A stretch of DNA of 64,000 nt, from the NCBI GenBank assembly GCA_017507215.1, contig JAFWBI010000003.1, positions 15,687-79,686 on the forward strand, written 5' to 3'. Positions 55,143 to 63,264 of the stretch are shown piece after piece. Under the pieces are notes generated by a model that worked only from the letters and a program-made list of their open reading frames with translations, ran no database searches and had not been told where the DNA came from. A program made the position numbers and the translations under genes. Every line of letters starts with the position of its first letter. The first letter of the stretch is position 1. The DNA comes from Clostridia bacterium. Lineage in GTDB: Bacteria > Bacillota > Clostridia > Christensenellales > UBA1242.

Positions 55143-56621
55143 ATGGAAAGCTTTGAAATATATAATGATATTGCAAAACGAACAAATGGAGATATTTATG
55201 TTGGTGTGGTTGGTCCGGTTAGAACGGGAAAATCGACATTCATTTCTAAGTTTATGCATTCGTCTATTTTAGATAATATAGTTAATGAATATGAAAAACA
55301 GAGAACAATTGATGAAATGCCGCAGTCTGGCGCTGGAAAAACGGTGATGACAATGCAGCCAAAATTTATTCCAAGTGAAGCTGTTGAAGTTAACTTTGGA
55401 AGTGATGCAACAGCAAGAGTTAGGCTTGTTGATTGTGTGGGTTATGCCGTTGAAGGTGCAAACGGATTTGCTGATGAGAATGGTCCAAGAATGGTGAAAA
55501 CTCCTTGGAGTGACTTGGAAATGTCATTTGAAGAAGCTGCAGAAATTGGAACTCACAAAGTCATTTCAGAGCATTCGACAGTTGCTGTTTTGGTTACAAC
55601 AGACGGAACGATTGCAGATATTCCAAGAGAAAATTATGTGAAATCTGAAGAAAGAGTTGTGGCTGAACTTAATGAAAATCATAAGCCATTTGTGATTGTT
55701 TTAAATTCTAGATTTCCAGAATCTGAAGATGTTTTGAAACTGGAAAAAGAGCTTGAAGAAAAATATAATGCACCCGTGCTCGCATATGATATTTCAAAAA
55801 TGGGTGCAGAAGAAATCACAAATATCATCAAGTCAATTTTGATGGAATTTCCAATTAAAGAAATCAATTTCAGACTTCCAAAGTGGATTATGGCACTTCC
55901 ATATGACAATGATTTTATTAAAAATATTATGAGTGTGATAAAACAAAATTCAGACCCATTGAAGAAGATGAGTGATTATTTAAAGCTTATAAATATTTTT
56001 AAAGAAAGTGAAGATTTGAAAGAACTTGAAGTTTTGAAAATGAATCTTGCAACGGGTGAAATTGATTTTGAAATTCCAGTTGATGATGCGCTTTATTACA
56101 AAACATTGAGTAAAGAATGTGGTGTTGAAATTAAAGATGATTTCTGTTTGATGAACTATGTTAAAGAACTTGTAAGCGCAAAAAGTGAATATGACAAAAT
56201 TAAGGCTGCGCTTGATATGGTGAAACAAACGGGGTATGGCATTGTGAATCCAACTGTTGGTGACATGGTTTTATCTGAACCAGAAATCATTACAAAAAAT
56301 GGAAACTCAAGCTTAAAGCTTAAAGCGACAGCTCCAAGTCTTCATATTATGAGAGTTGATGTTGATGCTGAAATTTGTCCAGCTGTTGGAAGTGTTAATC
56401 AAAGTGGTTCACTTGTGAGTTATATGCTTAATGAATTTGAAAATAATAAGGAAGACCTTTGGAATAAAAATATGTTTGGAAAGCCAATGAATGAACTTGT
56501 TAAAGATTCGATTGACACAAAACTGGCTGGTCTTCCTGATGAAGTTCAAACAAAAATGAGAAAAACACTTACAAAAATTGTTAATGAAAGAAAGGGTGGA
56601 GTTATTTGTATTTTGCTTTAA
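55143..56621 (+). CDS. spoIVA: Stage IV sporulation protein A (spore coat morphogenetic ATPase)
   Basis: MESFEIYNDIAKRTNGDIYVGVVGPVRTGKSTFI has the SpoIVA N-terminus and Walker A. The C-terminus is GGVICILL. I prefer the ATG at 55143 (RBS ACGGAGG) to the track start at 55116. Confidence 0.9.
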   Translation: MESFEIYNDIAKRTNGDIYVGVVGPVRTGKSTFISKFMHSSILDNIVNEYEKQRTIDEMPQSGAGKTVMTMQPKFIPSEAVEVNFGSDATARVRLVDCVGYAVEGANGFADENGPRMVKTPWSDLEMSFEEAAEIGTHKVISEHSTVAVLVTTDGTIADIPRENYVKSEERVVAELNENHKPFVIVLNSRFPESEDVLKLEKELEEKYNAPVLAYDISKMGAEEITNIIKSILMEFPIKEINFRLPKWIMALPYDNDFIKNIMSVIKQNSDPLKKMSDYLKLINIFKESEDLKELEVLKMNLATGEIDFEIPVDDALYYKTLSKECGVEIKDDFCLMNYVKELVSAKSEYDKIKAALDMVKQTGYGIVNPTVGDMVLSEPEIITKNGNSSLKLKATAPSLHIMRVDVDAEICPAVGSVNQSGSLVSYMLNEFENNKEDLWNKNMFGKPMNELVKDSIDTKLAGLPDEVQTKMRKTLTKIVNERKGGVICILL

Positions 56622-56675
56622 ACTTGCAAAAATAAGCATAATTTCATTCAAAAAACACAAAATATGCGAAAAAAT

Positions 56676-56705
56676 AAAAAGAGTTATTGCAACTCTTTTT
56701 ATTTT
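56676..56705. terminator. Bidirectional terminator between convergent spoIVA and the GH18 gene
   Basis: AAAAGAGTT / AACTCTTTT stem flanked by A- and T-runs. Confidence 0.7.
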
Positions 56706-57838
56706 TTGTCGTTATTATATTCTTTCAAAACTTCGGTGTATGTGTATTGTTTAGAAATGTCTTTGTTAGGTTCCAAAATAGCATCTCTGCCCATTGACCA
56801 GAATGAAACCATGCCATAATTATTTTTTATTGCGTCGTCAACAATGGTTTTTGCCATATCGGTTGTGAATGTTGGATAGAGTGAGTTTTCATATCCGATT
56901 GAAAAAGTTGCACCTGTTTTTAAATAAGCTTCTTCATCGGTTAGGCTTAAACCATAGCCTGCGTAAATGGTTTTTAACTGTGCGATTGAATTGTCTATTG
57001 CACGAATTGATGCTGTGCCATAGTCTTCATTTTCATAAACACCTGCACCGTAACACATGGTCATTGAGTTGATTAATGCGATATCAACTTCTGCGTCCAT
57101 GTAGGCTTTGATTATGTTGATTTGTTTTTCTTGCCAGCCACTTGGCATGATTGGAATGGTGAGTGTTATTTCGACACCAGTTTCATCTTGAACTTTTTTA
57201 ATGGCTTTTGCATTGATAACATTTTGATTATAGTCTTGATTTGATTCTTCAATGTCAAGGTCTAAACGTTTGAGTTCGTATGTTCCGATAATGTCTAGAT
57301 AAAAATTTTCAAGTGCTGTTTGATTTTGGGTGACCACCCATGGAGCTGCACCAACTTGACCACCAACTGAAATTGCAAAGTCGCCACCACGACTTCTAAG
57401 ATTGATAAGTGAATCGACAATTCCTTTATACTGAGCATTTGTTCCACCAGAGCCTTGCTTGCTTAAAACGTAATAGCCGCCCCAGCCCCAACGGATATTG
57501 CCGTCTTCTGCAATAGGGGTGGTGGTGTCTGGTTGAATGAAACCAAGATTGAAGTATTGAAAACCGGTTTCGTCGTGAAGTTTTCCAAGGTTTGGTGCGC
57601 CAGAAAGAGAATATGCACTAGAGGTGTCTACCCATGACGACATGTCGATATATGGTGCAGCAAGTCTAACTGGCCAACCACTTTTTTCAGATTTTCTGCT
57701 TGGGTCGGAAAGTTTAGAAACTGTTATTGTGGGGATTATAAAAATTAAAATTAAAGAGATAATAAACGCAGCACCAAGGCTTGAGAAAATGGGAATATAT
57801 CTTTTTTTGAATGGCGAGAGTGATTTAAAGTTTTGCAT
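56699..57838 (-). CDS. Membrane-anchored glycoside hydrolase family 18 (chitinase / endo-beta-N-acetylglucosaminidase-like)
   Basis: N-terminal TM anchor. The GH18 catalytic DxxDxDxE motif is present as RLDLDIEES. The fold follows a (beta/alpha)8-type pattern (FNLGFIQ, GGQVGAAPW). Confidence 0.7.
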   Translation of the reverse strand: MQNFKSLSPFKKRYIPIFSSLGAAFIISLILIFIIPTITVSKLSDPSRKSEKSGWPVRLAAPYIDMSSWVDTSSAYSLSGAPNLGKLHDETGFQYFNLGFIQPDTTTPIAEDGNIRWGWGGYYVLSKQGSGGTNAQYKGIVDSLINLRSRGGDFAISVGGQVGAAPWVVTQNQTALENFYLDIIGTYELKRLDLDIEESNQDYNQNVINAKAIKKVQDETGVEITLTIPIMPSGWQEKQINIIKAYMDAEVDIALINSMTMCYGAGVYENEDYGTASIRAIDNSIAQLKTIYAGYGLSLTDEEAYLKTGATFSIGYENSLYPTFTTDMAKTIVDDAIKNNYGMVSFWSMGRDAILEPNKDISKQYTYTEVLKEYNNDKK

Positions 57839-58002
57839 AGAAATAAAAGCTCCTTGTTATAATTAGTTTGTGAGATAAAAATGGAAATATACAAATAATT
57901 GTTTTGTTTTTATTTAATAACTAATTATAAGATTTAATTTAATATTATTTTAATTTGACAATCATTTTTTATAATATTAAAATTAAATTAGGAGAAAGGC
58001 TT

Positions 58003-58524
58003 ATGATTATTATGTTTGTTAGGCACGCAGAGGATTTGAAAGATAAGCTTACTGAGCGTGGCAAAAAACAATGTGAAACAATGATTGATTATAATGAAGA
58101 ATATTCATTTTCTAAAATTTACACATCTCCAGCAAAACGCTGTGTTGACACAGCTAAGGCATTAAACAAAAAGTTTAATTTGGAGATTGAAATTGAAAAG
58201 GATATTGTTGAGCGTGAAAGTTTGCCTGAAAAATCTCCAAAAAATAAAAAAGAGCAAGAGTGGTATGACAATTATCTAAATCCGGAATATTCAAGCAAAA
58301 ATCCTGAAGGTTGCAAAGAATATTTAGAGAGAACTTTCAGATGTTTTAGAAAAATTATTGATACGCATTTTGATAAAAATGAAAATGTCATTATTGTTGC
58401 GCATAGCGTCACAACTTATGCTCTTTGTGCCTTCATTTATGGAATTAGAAAAAACGAAGACATTAAATGGATTAGAGTTGGAAATTGCTCAAAGTTATAT
58501 TTTGAAATAAACGAAAAGGTGTAA
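58003..58524 (+). CDS. Histidine phosphatase (phosphoglycerate-mutase-like) family protein
   Basis: MFVRHAE is the RHG-type motif, and a second catalytic His lies in IIVAHSVT. I prefer the ATG at 58003 (RBS TAGGAGAAAGG). Confidence 0.65.
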   Translation: MIIMFVRHAEDLKDKLTERGKKQCETMIDYNEEYSFSKIYTSPAKRCVDTAKALNKKFNLEIEIEKDIVERESLPEKSPKNKKEQEWYDNYLNPEYSSKNPEGCKEYLERTFRCFRKIIDTHFDKNENVIIVAHSVTTYALCAFIYGIRKNEDIKWIRVGNCSKLYFEINEKV

Positions 58525-58525
58525 G

Positions 58526-59809
58526 ATGCAAAAGATATTTTATAATGCTAGATTTTTAACAATGAATGATAAATTCGAAACAAGTGATGCAATGCTTGTG
58601 AATGATGAATCGATTGTTTTTGTTGGTGAGAAGCAAGAAGTGCTTCAGATGAAAACAGATGAAACAGAGCTTGTTGATCTTAAAGAAAAAGTGGTTATTC
58701 CAACATTTTTTGATATGAATATTGGGGTTTATCAAAGAATTGAAACAGTTTTAAAAAACGCAAAAAAAGATAGATTTATTGAAAAAGAAGCTGAAAATGA
58801 TGAAAATTATGAAAAATTTGAGAATTTTAAGCTTTATGAAAAAGAGTTTTTGAAAATTCAAACGGGGCTTTTAAAACTTGGTGTGACCACCATTCAAGAG
58901 AGTATTTGCTCAAAACAAGAATTCTGTTTTTGGAAAAAAATTGCCGAATCTGGAAACTTGAAGATTGATGTTATTGGTTATGTTGATTTTTTAAGAAACA
59001 AGCAGATTATGGACGATAATTGCAGGTCGTTTAGAAAATATAAAAACCATTTTAGACTTGGTGGATATTACATTAAACTTGATGGTTCAATTTTAGAAAA
59101 AAAAGCATGGCTAAAAAAACCATATCCGAAAGAGCATGGTTATTTAGGTTATGGTGAGCTTGGATTTGAACAGTTGAAATTCATAATCAAAACAGCGTTC
59201 GAAGAGAAAAAACAACTTGTTGTATACGCAGATGGCGACAGGGCTGTTGAAGAATTTTTGAAATGTTTTGAAGAGCAACTTGAAGAGAGTAAGGTTGAAG
59301 ATACATACAGGCCAATCATTGTCGGTTGCAACTTTGTTTCGAGAAAGCTCATTCAAAAAATGATTAAGCTAAAAATAACTCCAAATTTTGAAATAGACAA
59401 TTTGACCGATAATGCTGATATTTTAAAATCATACTTTGGAAGAAAATTGAAAAAGATGATTCCTTTTAGTTTGATTGAAAAGGAAAATATGAAAATGCTT
59501 TTAAGCTGCAACAGAGATAAAGATTTTAATTCATTTGAAGTTGCAAGCGAAATGCTTAAAGAAAAATCTACACTTAAAAAGGTTTCAAAACACAAGCAAG
59601 CATTTTTGAAAGAATCTGTGTTTGAATCATTGACCACACTTCCTGCATATAACTGTTTTGATTTAGAGCAAAAAGGCAGTTTGGAAAGTGGAAAAAAGGC
59701 AAACTTTTTGGTTATTGATAAAGATATTTCAGCCATTTTTGAAAATGAAAACAAGATTAAAGTTTTAAGTGTTTATTTAGATGGAGAATTGGTTTTTAGC
59801 AGAAAATAA
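58526..59809 (+). CDS. Amidohydrolase-superfamily (YtcJ/Amidohydro_3-like) protein lacking the N-terminal HxH metal motif
   Basis: The family ends are typical: IFYNARFLTMND...DAMLVNDESIVFVG at the N-terminus and GSLESGKKANFLVIDKDI at the C-terminus. Where the family has PGfiDxHxH, this protein has IPTFFDMNIG. Confidence 0.55.
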   Translation: MQKIFYNARFLTMNDKFETSDAMLVNDESIVFVGEKQEVLQMKTDETELVDLKEKVVIPTFFDMNIGVYQRIETVLKNAKKDRFIEKEAENDENYEKFENFKLYEKEFLKIQTGLLKLGVTTIQESICSKQEFCFWKKIAESGNLKIDVIGYVDFLRNKQIMDDNCRSFRKYKNHFRLGGYYIKLDGSILEKKAWLKKPYPKEHGYLGYGELGFEQLKFIIKTAFEEKKQLVVYADGDRAVEEFLKCFEEQLEESKVEDTYRPIIVGCNFVSRKLIQKMIKLKITPNFEIDNLTDNADILKSYFGRKLKKMIPFSLIEKENMKMLLSCNRDKDFNSFEVASEMLKEKSTLKKVSKHKQAFLKESVFESLTTLPAYNCFDLEQKGSLESGKKANFLVIDKDISAIFENENKIKVLSVYLDGELVFSRK

Positions 59810-59838
59810 AAATAAGGACGATTCGTCCTTATTTTTTA
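59808..59838. terminator. Bidirectional terminator between convergent genes
   Basis: ATAAGGACG (59812-59820), ATT, CGTCCTTAT (59824-59832), flanked by A- and T-runs. Confidence 0.8.
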
Positions 59839-60699
59839 TATTGGTTCATATTCGTCATTAATATCAATTTCCGTTCCGAGTTTTAAAACAAATTCATCAA
59901 GATTTGAATTTTTGTTTGAAAGATTTTTGATACTGATTTCGGTATTCAAAAAATCTCCGTCAAATTCATGCTCGAAAAGATAAATGTTGCTTTCTTCGTC
60001 TGACAAGATTAAGTTGATTTTGACATCAATGGTTTCAATAAAGATTGCCATTGAAACGCTGACTTTGAATTTGTTGTTTTCAAGTGATGTTACAGATGTT
60101 GAAAGTTCTGTGTTTGATGTGAGATTAGATAAACTAAAACCCGTTGGAGAAACAGATGTATTGGTGAAAAAGTGAAGTGGATTTTGGTTCATAACAGAAA
60201 TTGAAGTTAGTTTTCCGGTTTCAACTTCTGGCTGAAAGAGAACGTCATCAATGGCGTAAACTGCAATTCCAACAGTTTTGAATTTGTTTAGTTTTGCTGA
60301 AACTGAAACATTTGTTTTGACTTTGAAGGTTGCTTCGCTAATTTCGTAAAATTTGCCATCAACATTGAAACCGGACAGAACCAAACCATCAGCAAAACTT
60401 ACGTAGTTTTCATTGCTCATTTCGAAATTTTCATTGTTTGAAAGGTTAAACTCGAGAGAAATTTCAGTGTTGTTTGGAACCATAATTTTTGAGTTTGAAA
60501 TGACAACTTTGTCTTCGTCGTCACAAACAATGCTTGTGTATTTGTCGAAGTATACAACGTGATAACCCAAAGCAGAGTAATATTCAATTTTTGATTCTGT
60601 TTCATCGTCTTCATCATCTTTATTGTTTGAGCATGAAGTGATTGCAAAACAAGAGATAATCAGAGCAAGGCACAAGAATCTTTTTAAAAAGTTTTTCAT
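59836..60699 (-). CDS. Lipoprotein of unknown function
   Basis: A signal peptide with lipobox (LIISCFAITSC) is followed by an acidic linker (NNKDDEDDETE). The mature part is beta-rich. I recognise no family. Confidence 0.6.
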   Translation of the reverse strand: MKNFLKRFLCLALIISCFAITSCSNNKDDEDDETESKIEYYSALGYHVVYFDKYTSIVCDDEDKVVISNSKIMVPNNTEISLEFNLSNNENFEMSNENYVSFADGLVLSGFNVDGKFYEISEATFKVKTNVSVSAKLNKFKTVGIAVYAIDDVLFQPEVETGKLTSISVMNQNPLHFFTNTSVSPTGFSLSNLTSNTELSTSVTSLENNKFKVSVSMAIFIETIDVKINLILSDEESNIYLFEHEFDGDFLNTEISIKNLSNKNSNLDEFVLKLGTEIDINDEYEPI

Positions 60700-60762
60700 A
60701 GCATTCCTTAAAAATTAGTAATAATTAAATGATAAGAAAAATGCAAATGAATGTCAATGTTT

Positions 60763-60779
60763 TGTCGAATTATGTCGAA
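60763..60779 (+). promoter_or_regulatory. Tandem perfect Spo0A boxes (TGTCGAA x2, 10-bp phasing) in the divergent lipoprotein/hydrolase intergenic region
   Basis: TGTCGAA at 60763-60769 and again at 60773-60779, within TTTGTCGAATTATGTCGAATATT. The 0A-box consensus is TGNCGAA. Confidence 0.45.
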
Positions 60780-60811
60780 TATTAAATTTAGTTAAAATTT
60801 AAATAAAAGTG

Positions 60812-60820
60812 TGATATAAT
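60812..60820 (+). promoter_or_regulatory. Extended -10 promoter element for the alpha/beta hydrolase gene
   Basis: TGATATAAT (TGn + TATAAT) lies 25 nt upstream of the start codon. There is no good -35; the 0A boxes sit 35-55 nt upstream. Confidence 0.45.
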
Positions 60821-60844
60821 AAATTAGGTAAAGGATAATTTGTG

Positions 60845-61741
60845 ATGGAAGAAATTGTAATCAGTGCACGAGATGGATATGGCTTGCTGTTAAATGTGTA
60901 TGATGTTGAGAGCCCAAAAGCTGTGGTTCAAATTGCACATGGAATGGAAGAGCATCAGGGTAGGTATAAAGAGTTTGTGAAAATGCTTAATGAAAATGGG
61001 TTTGCTGTTGTGTCGGCAGACATGCGTGGGCATGGCAAAATGGCAAAAACGCTGGGCTTTTTCAAAAGAAAAGAAGGCTATAAGGCTCTTGTTGATGACC
61101 ATTTGAAAGTAACCAACTTTATAAAGAGCCGATATCAGGGTTTGCCGACTTGTTTGTTTGCGCATTCAATGGGGTCAATTATTGCAAGAGTGGTTCTTCA
61201 AACTCATTCAAAAAAATATGACAAAGTGATTTTGTCAGGATATCCAAACTATCGTGCTGCTGCAAAACTTGGAGTCAAATTTGCAGACTCGTTAACAGCA
61301 AAACATGGCGCAAAATATAAATCAAAGCTTATGACTACACTTGAATTTAAGTTTTTTAACTTTTTTGTTTGGAACTCAAAAACAAATGTTGACTGGATAT
61401 GTTATGACAAACAAGTGGTTGATGAATATTTAAAAGACCCACTTTGTGGCTTTGGGTTCACAAGCTCTGCATTTTCAGACCTTTTTAATTTGGTGGTGCT
61501 GATGCATGACCAGTCGAGATTTAAAAAGGTGAAAGTTAATCTTCCAATTTTATTTATTCGTGGTGCAGATGACCCGTCAACTGGTGGAAAACAAGGTGCG
61601 AAATATTCTGTTCAAACTCTTGAAAAGGCTGGTTTTAAAAACATAACTAAAATTGACTATGAAAAAATGCGACATGAAGTTATTAATGAAACACATAAAG
61701 AAATTGTTTATGATGACATTTTGAATTTTTTAAATAGTTAA
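60845..61741 (+). CDS. Alpha/beta hydrolase (lysophospholipase / monoacylglycerol lipase-like)
   Basis: Contains HGMEEHQGRY and the nucleophile elbow AHSMGS, with C-terminal Asp/His regions (GADDP, MRHEV). Confidence 0.8.
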   Translation: MEEIVISARDGYGLLLNVYDVESPKAVVQIAHGMEEHQGRYKEFVKMLNENGFAVVSADMRGHGKMAKTLGFFKRKEGYKALVDDHLKVTNFIKSRYQGLPTCLFAHSMGSIIARVVLQTHSKKYDKVILSGYPNYRAAAKLGVKFADSLTAKHGAKYKSKLMTTLEFKFFNFFVWNSKTNVDWICYDKQVVDEYLKDPLCGFGFTSSAFSDLFNLVVLMHDQSRFKKVKVNLPILFIRGADDPSTGGKQGAKYSVQTLEKAGFKNITKIDYEKMRHEVINETHKEIVYDDILNFLNS

Positions 61742-61751
61742 AAATTAACTT

Positions 61752-61779
61752 AAACACAACAATCTTTGTTGTGTTTTTA
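61752..61779 (+). terminator. Rho-independent terminator
   Basis: AACACAACAA (61753-61762), TCT, TTGTTGTGTT (61766-61775), then a T-run. Confidence 0.8.
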
Positions 61780-61901
61780 TTATGAAAATATAACAAAATA
61801 ATTAACTTGAATAATTTTCAAGTGCAAAAATTTGAAATTTGTTTTTCAAAAAACGATTTATGTGATATGCTGTTGATGAAAACAAAAGGAGATTTTGCTT
61901 T

Positions 61902-62972
61902 ATGGAAAAAACCTTTGGTGAATTTTTAACAGAAAAACGCAAAGAGAAAAGGCTTACTCAAAAAGAACTTTCAAAAATGCTTTTTGTGTCTGAGTCAACA
62001 ATCAGCAAATGGGAAAAAGATGTTGCACATCCTGATATTTCAATGCTTCCAAAGCTTTCTGAGATTTTTGGTGTGTCAGTTGATGAACTCGTGAATTCAA
62101 GCGTTGACGAAAAATTAAGGGAAGAAAAATCTCAAGCAAAAAAGTGGCGAGTTTTTTCGATGTCTTGGAGTTTGTTTTTTTATATTTCATATGGAATTGC
62201 GCTCGTTCCATGTTTCATTTGCAACTTGGTGATTGACAAAACTCTTTCGTGGTTTTGGATTGTGGCTTCAGCTCTCTTGCTTGCATTCACATTCACAAAT
62301 CTTCCAAAACTCATAAAGAAACACAAGCTTTTGATTTTGCCACTGTCAATGTATGCTGCACTTTGCATATTGCTTGGGGTTTGTTGTTTATACACCGGTG
62401 GTGACTGGTTTATGATTCCAGTTGTTTCAGTGCTTTTCGGAATGGTGATTATTTTTTGCCCGATTTACATTGCAAAATTTGAAGTGTTTAAAAAAGTAAG
62501 AAAATTTAATGATTTCGTGTCTATTGCTGTAGCCTTTGTGGTGTTGAATATTCTTCTTTTGTTTGCTGAAAACTATTCAGTTTCGCATGGCTACATTGGT
62601 CATTCGTGGTATTTAAAACTAGGTCTTCCAATTTCGTTATATTTCTATTTGGCGTTGAATTTGCTTTGTGCTGTTAGATTTTTGAAAGTTAATAAACTTT
62701 TAAAAACAAGCATTGTTTTGGGGCTTATTGATTTAGTTTGCTACATTCCGTCAATGTTTTTGAAAGTGGGAAATAAGAATATTCAAAAAGAGTTGATTGA
62801 TGAATCTAATATTTTAAAAGCTGATTTTTCAATTTGGACAGAATCAACCATTGATAACAATGTGCATTTAATTATATTTCTGACAATTTTAGGTGTGTCA
62901 ATTGCATTTTTAACGGCAGGCTTGATATTATATATCAAGAGAAAAAATAGAAACAAAGTTATAAATAAATAA
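61902..62972 (+). CDS. Membrane-bound XRE-family helix-turn-helix regulator (N-terminal HTH + ~8 TM segments)
   Basis: FGEFLTEKRKEKRLTQKELSKMLFVSESTISKWEKD is a canonical HTH_3 segment. The rest of the protein is polytopic. Confidence 0.75.
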   Translation: MEKTFGEFLTEKRKEKRLTQKELSKMLFVSESTISKWEKDVAHPDISMLPKLSEIFGVSVDELVNSSVDEKLREEKSQAKKWRVFSMSWSLFFYISYGIALVPCFICNLVIDKTLSWFWIVASALLLAFTFTNLPKLIKKHKLLILPLSMYAALCILLGVCCLYTGGDWFMIPVVSVLFGMVIIFCPIYIAKFEVFKKVRKFNDFVSIAVAFVVLNILLLFAENYSVSHGYIGHSWYLKLGLPISLYFYLALNLLCAVRFLKVNKLLKTSIVLGLIDLVCYIPSMFLKVGNKNIQKELIDESNILKADFSIWTESTIDNNVHLIIFLTILGVSIAFLTAGLILYIKRKNRNKVINK

Positions 62973-62996
62973 CATAAAAATTTTTATTTTAAAATA

Positions 62997-63025
62997 TTGA
63001 CAAATTAAAATTAAAGGGTTATATT
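62997..63025 (+). promoter_or_regulatory. Sigma-A promoter of the trp leader
   Basis: TTGACA (62997-63002), exactly 17-nt spacer, TATATT (63020-63025). Confidence 0.65.
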
Positions 63026-63058
63026 GAATTTATACAAAAACAAAAAGGAGACAAACTT

Positions 63059-63094
63059 ATGTTTAATTCATTTATTTGGTGGTGGCGTTTTTAG
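63059..63094 (+). CDS. Trp-rich leader peptide MFNSFIWWWRF (11 codons, three consecutive TGG)
   Basis: The RBS AAAAGGAG (63044-63051) lies 7 nt before the ATG at 63059. The codons TGG TGG TGG are at 63077-63085 and the TAG stop at 63092-63094. It lies between a consensus promoter and a terminator directly upstream of trpB. Confidence 0.65.
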   Translation: MFNSFIWWWRF

Positions 63095-63097
63095 GTG

Positions 63098-63233
63098 TTC
63101 ACAAAGCTTGTGTTTTGTGAATGCTTTTTCGTGGCGTCACAAAACATATGAAATGGATTAGATATTTGTAAATATAAATAAAATCTTAAAACCCGTTGGT
63201 ATGTTTTGTTTTAACATACAACGGGTATTTTTT
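63098..63233 (+). promoter_or_regulatory. Transcription attenuator: mutually exclusive RNA helices ending in an intrinsic terminator
   Basis: Segment 1 (TTCACAAA, 63098-63105) pairs with segment 2 (TTTGTGAA, 63114-63121). Segment 2 (TGTTTTGTGA, 63111-63120) alternatively pairs with segment 3 (TCACAAAACA, 63137-63146), a perfect 10 bp. Segment 3 (ACAAAACATAT, 63139-63149) alternatively pairs with GTATGTTTTGT (63199-63209, 11 bp with one G-U), which is part of the terminator's 5' arm. Confidence 0.6.
63191..63233 (+). terminator. Attenuator terminator upstream of trpB
   Basis: ACCCGTTGGTATGTT (63191-63205) pairs with AACATACAACGGGT (63213-63226), about 14 bp with one bulge, followed by ATTTTTT. 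Confidence 0.8.
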
Positions 63234-63264
63234 ATGCAAATTTTATTATAAGGAGATTTTATTT

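Noticed and set aside
22686-62395. Other embedded or antisense track ORFs lie inside well-identified core genes. Examples are 22750-23127(-), 23142-23465(+), 25566-25865(-), 31073-31417(-), 42429-42749(-), 46601-46960(-), 59353-59754(-) and 60890-61165(-).
   Set aside because: Each overlaps a gene with strong family signatures (tig, clpX, pbp, ftsZ, sigE and others). No independent start signals or recognisable domains are present.
62973-63264. A T-box riboswitch or TRAP-binding leader upstream of trpB.
   Set aside because: I could not find the conserved T-box sequence (AAnnnGGGTGGTACCGCG-like), a specifier-loop architecture, or a series of GAG/UAG triplets spaced by 2-3 nt. The WWW leader ORF with alternative helices explains the region better. 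An Rfam scan is still needed.
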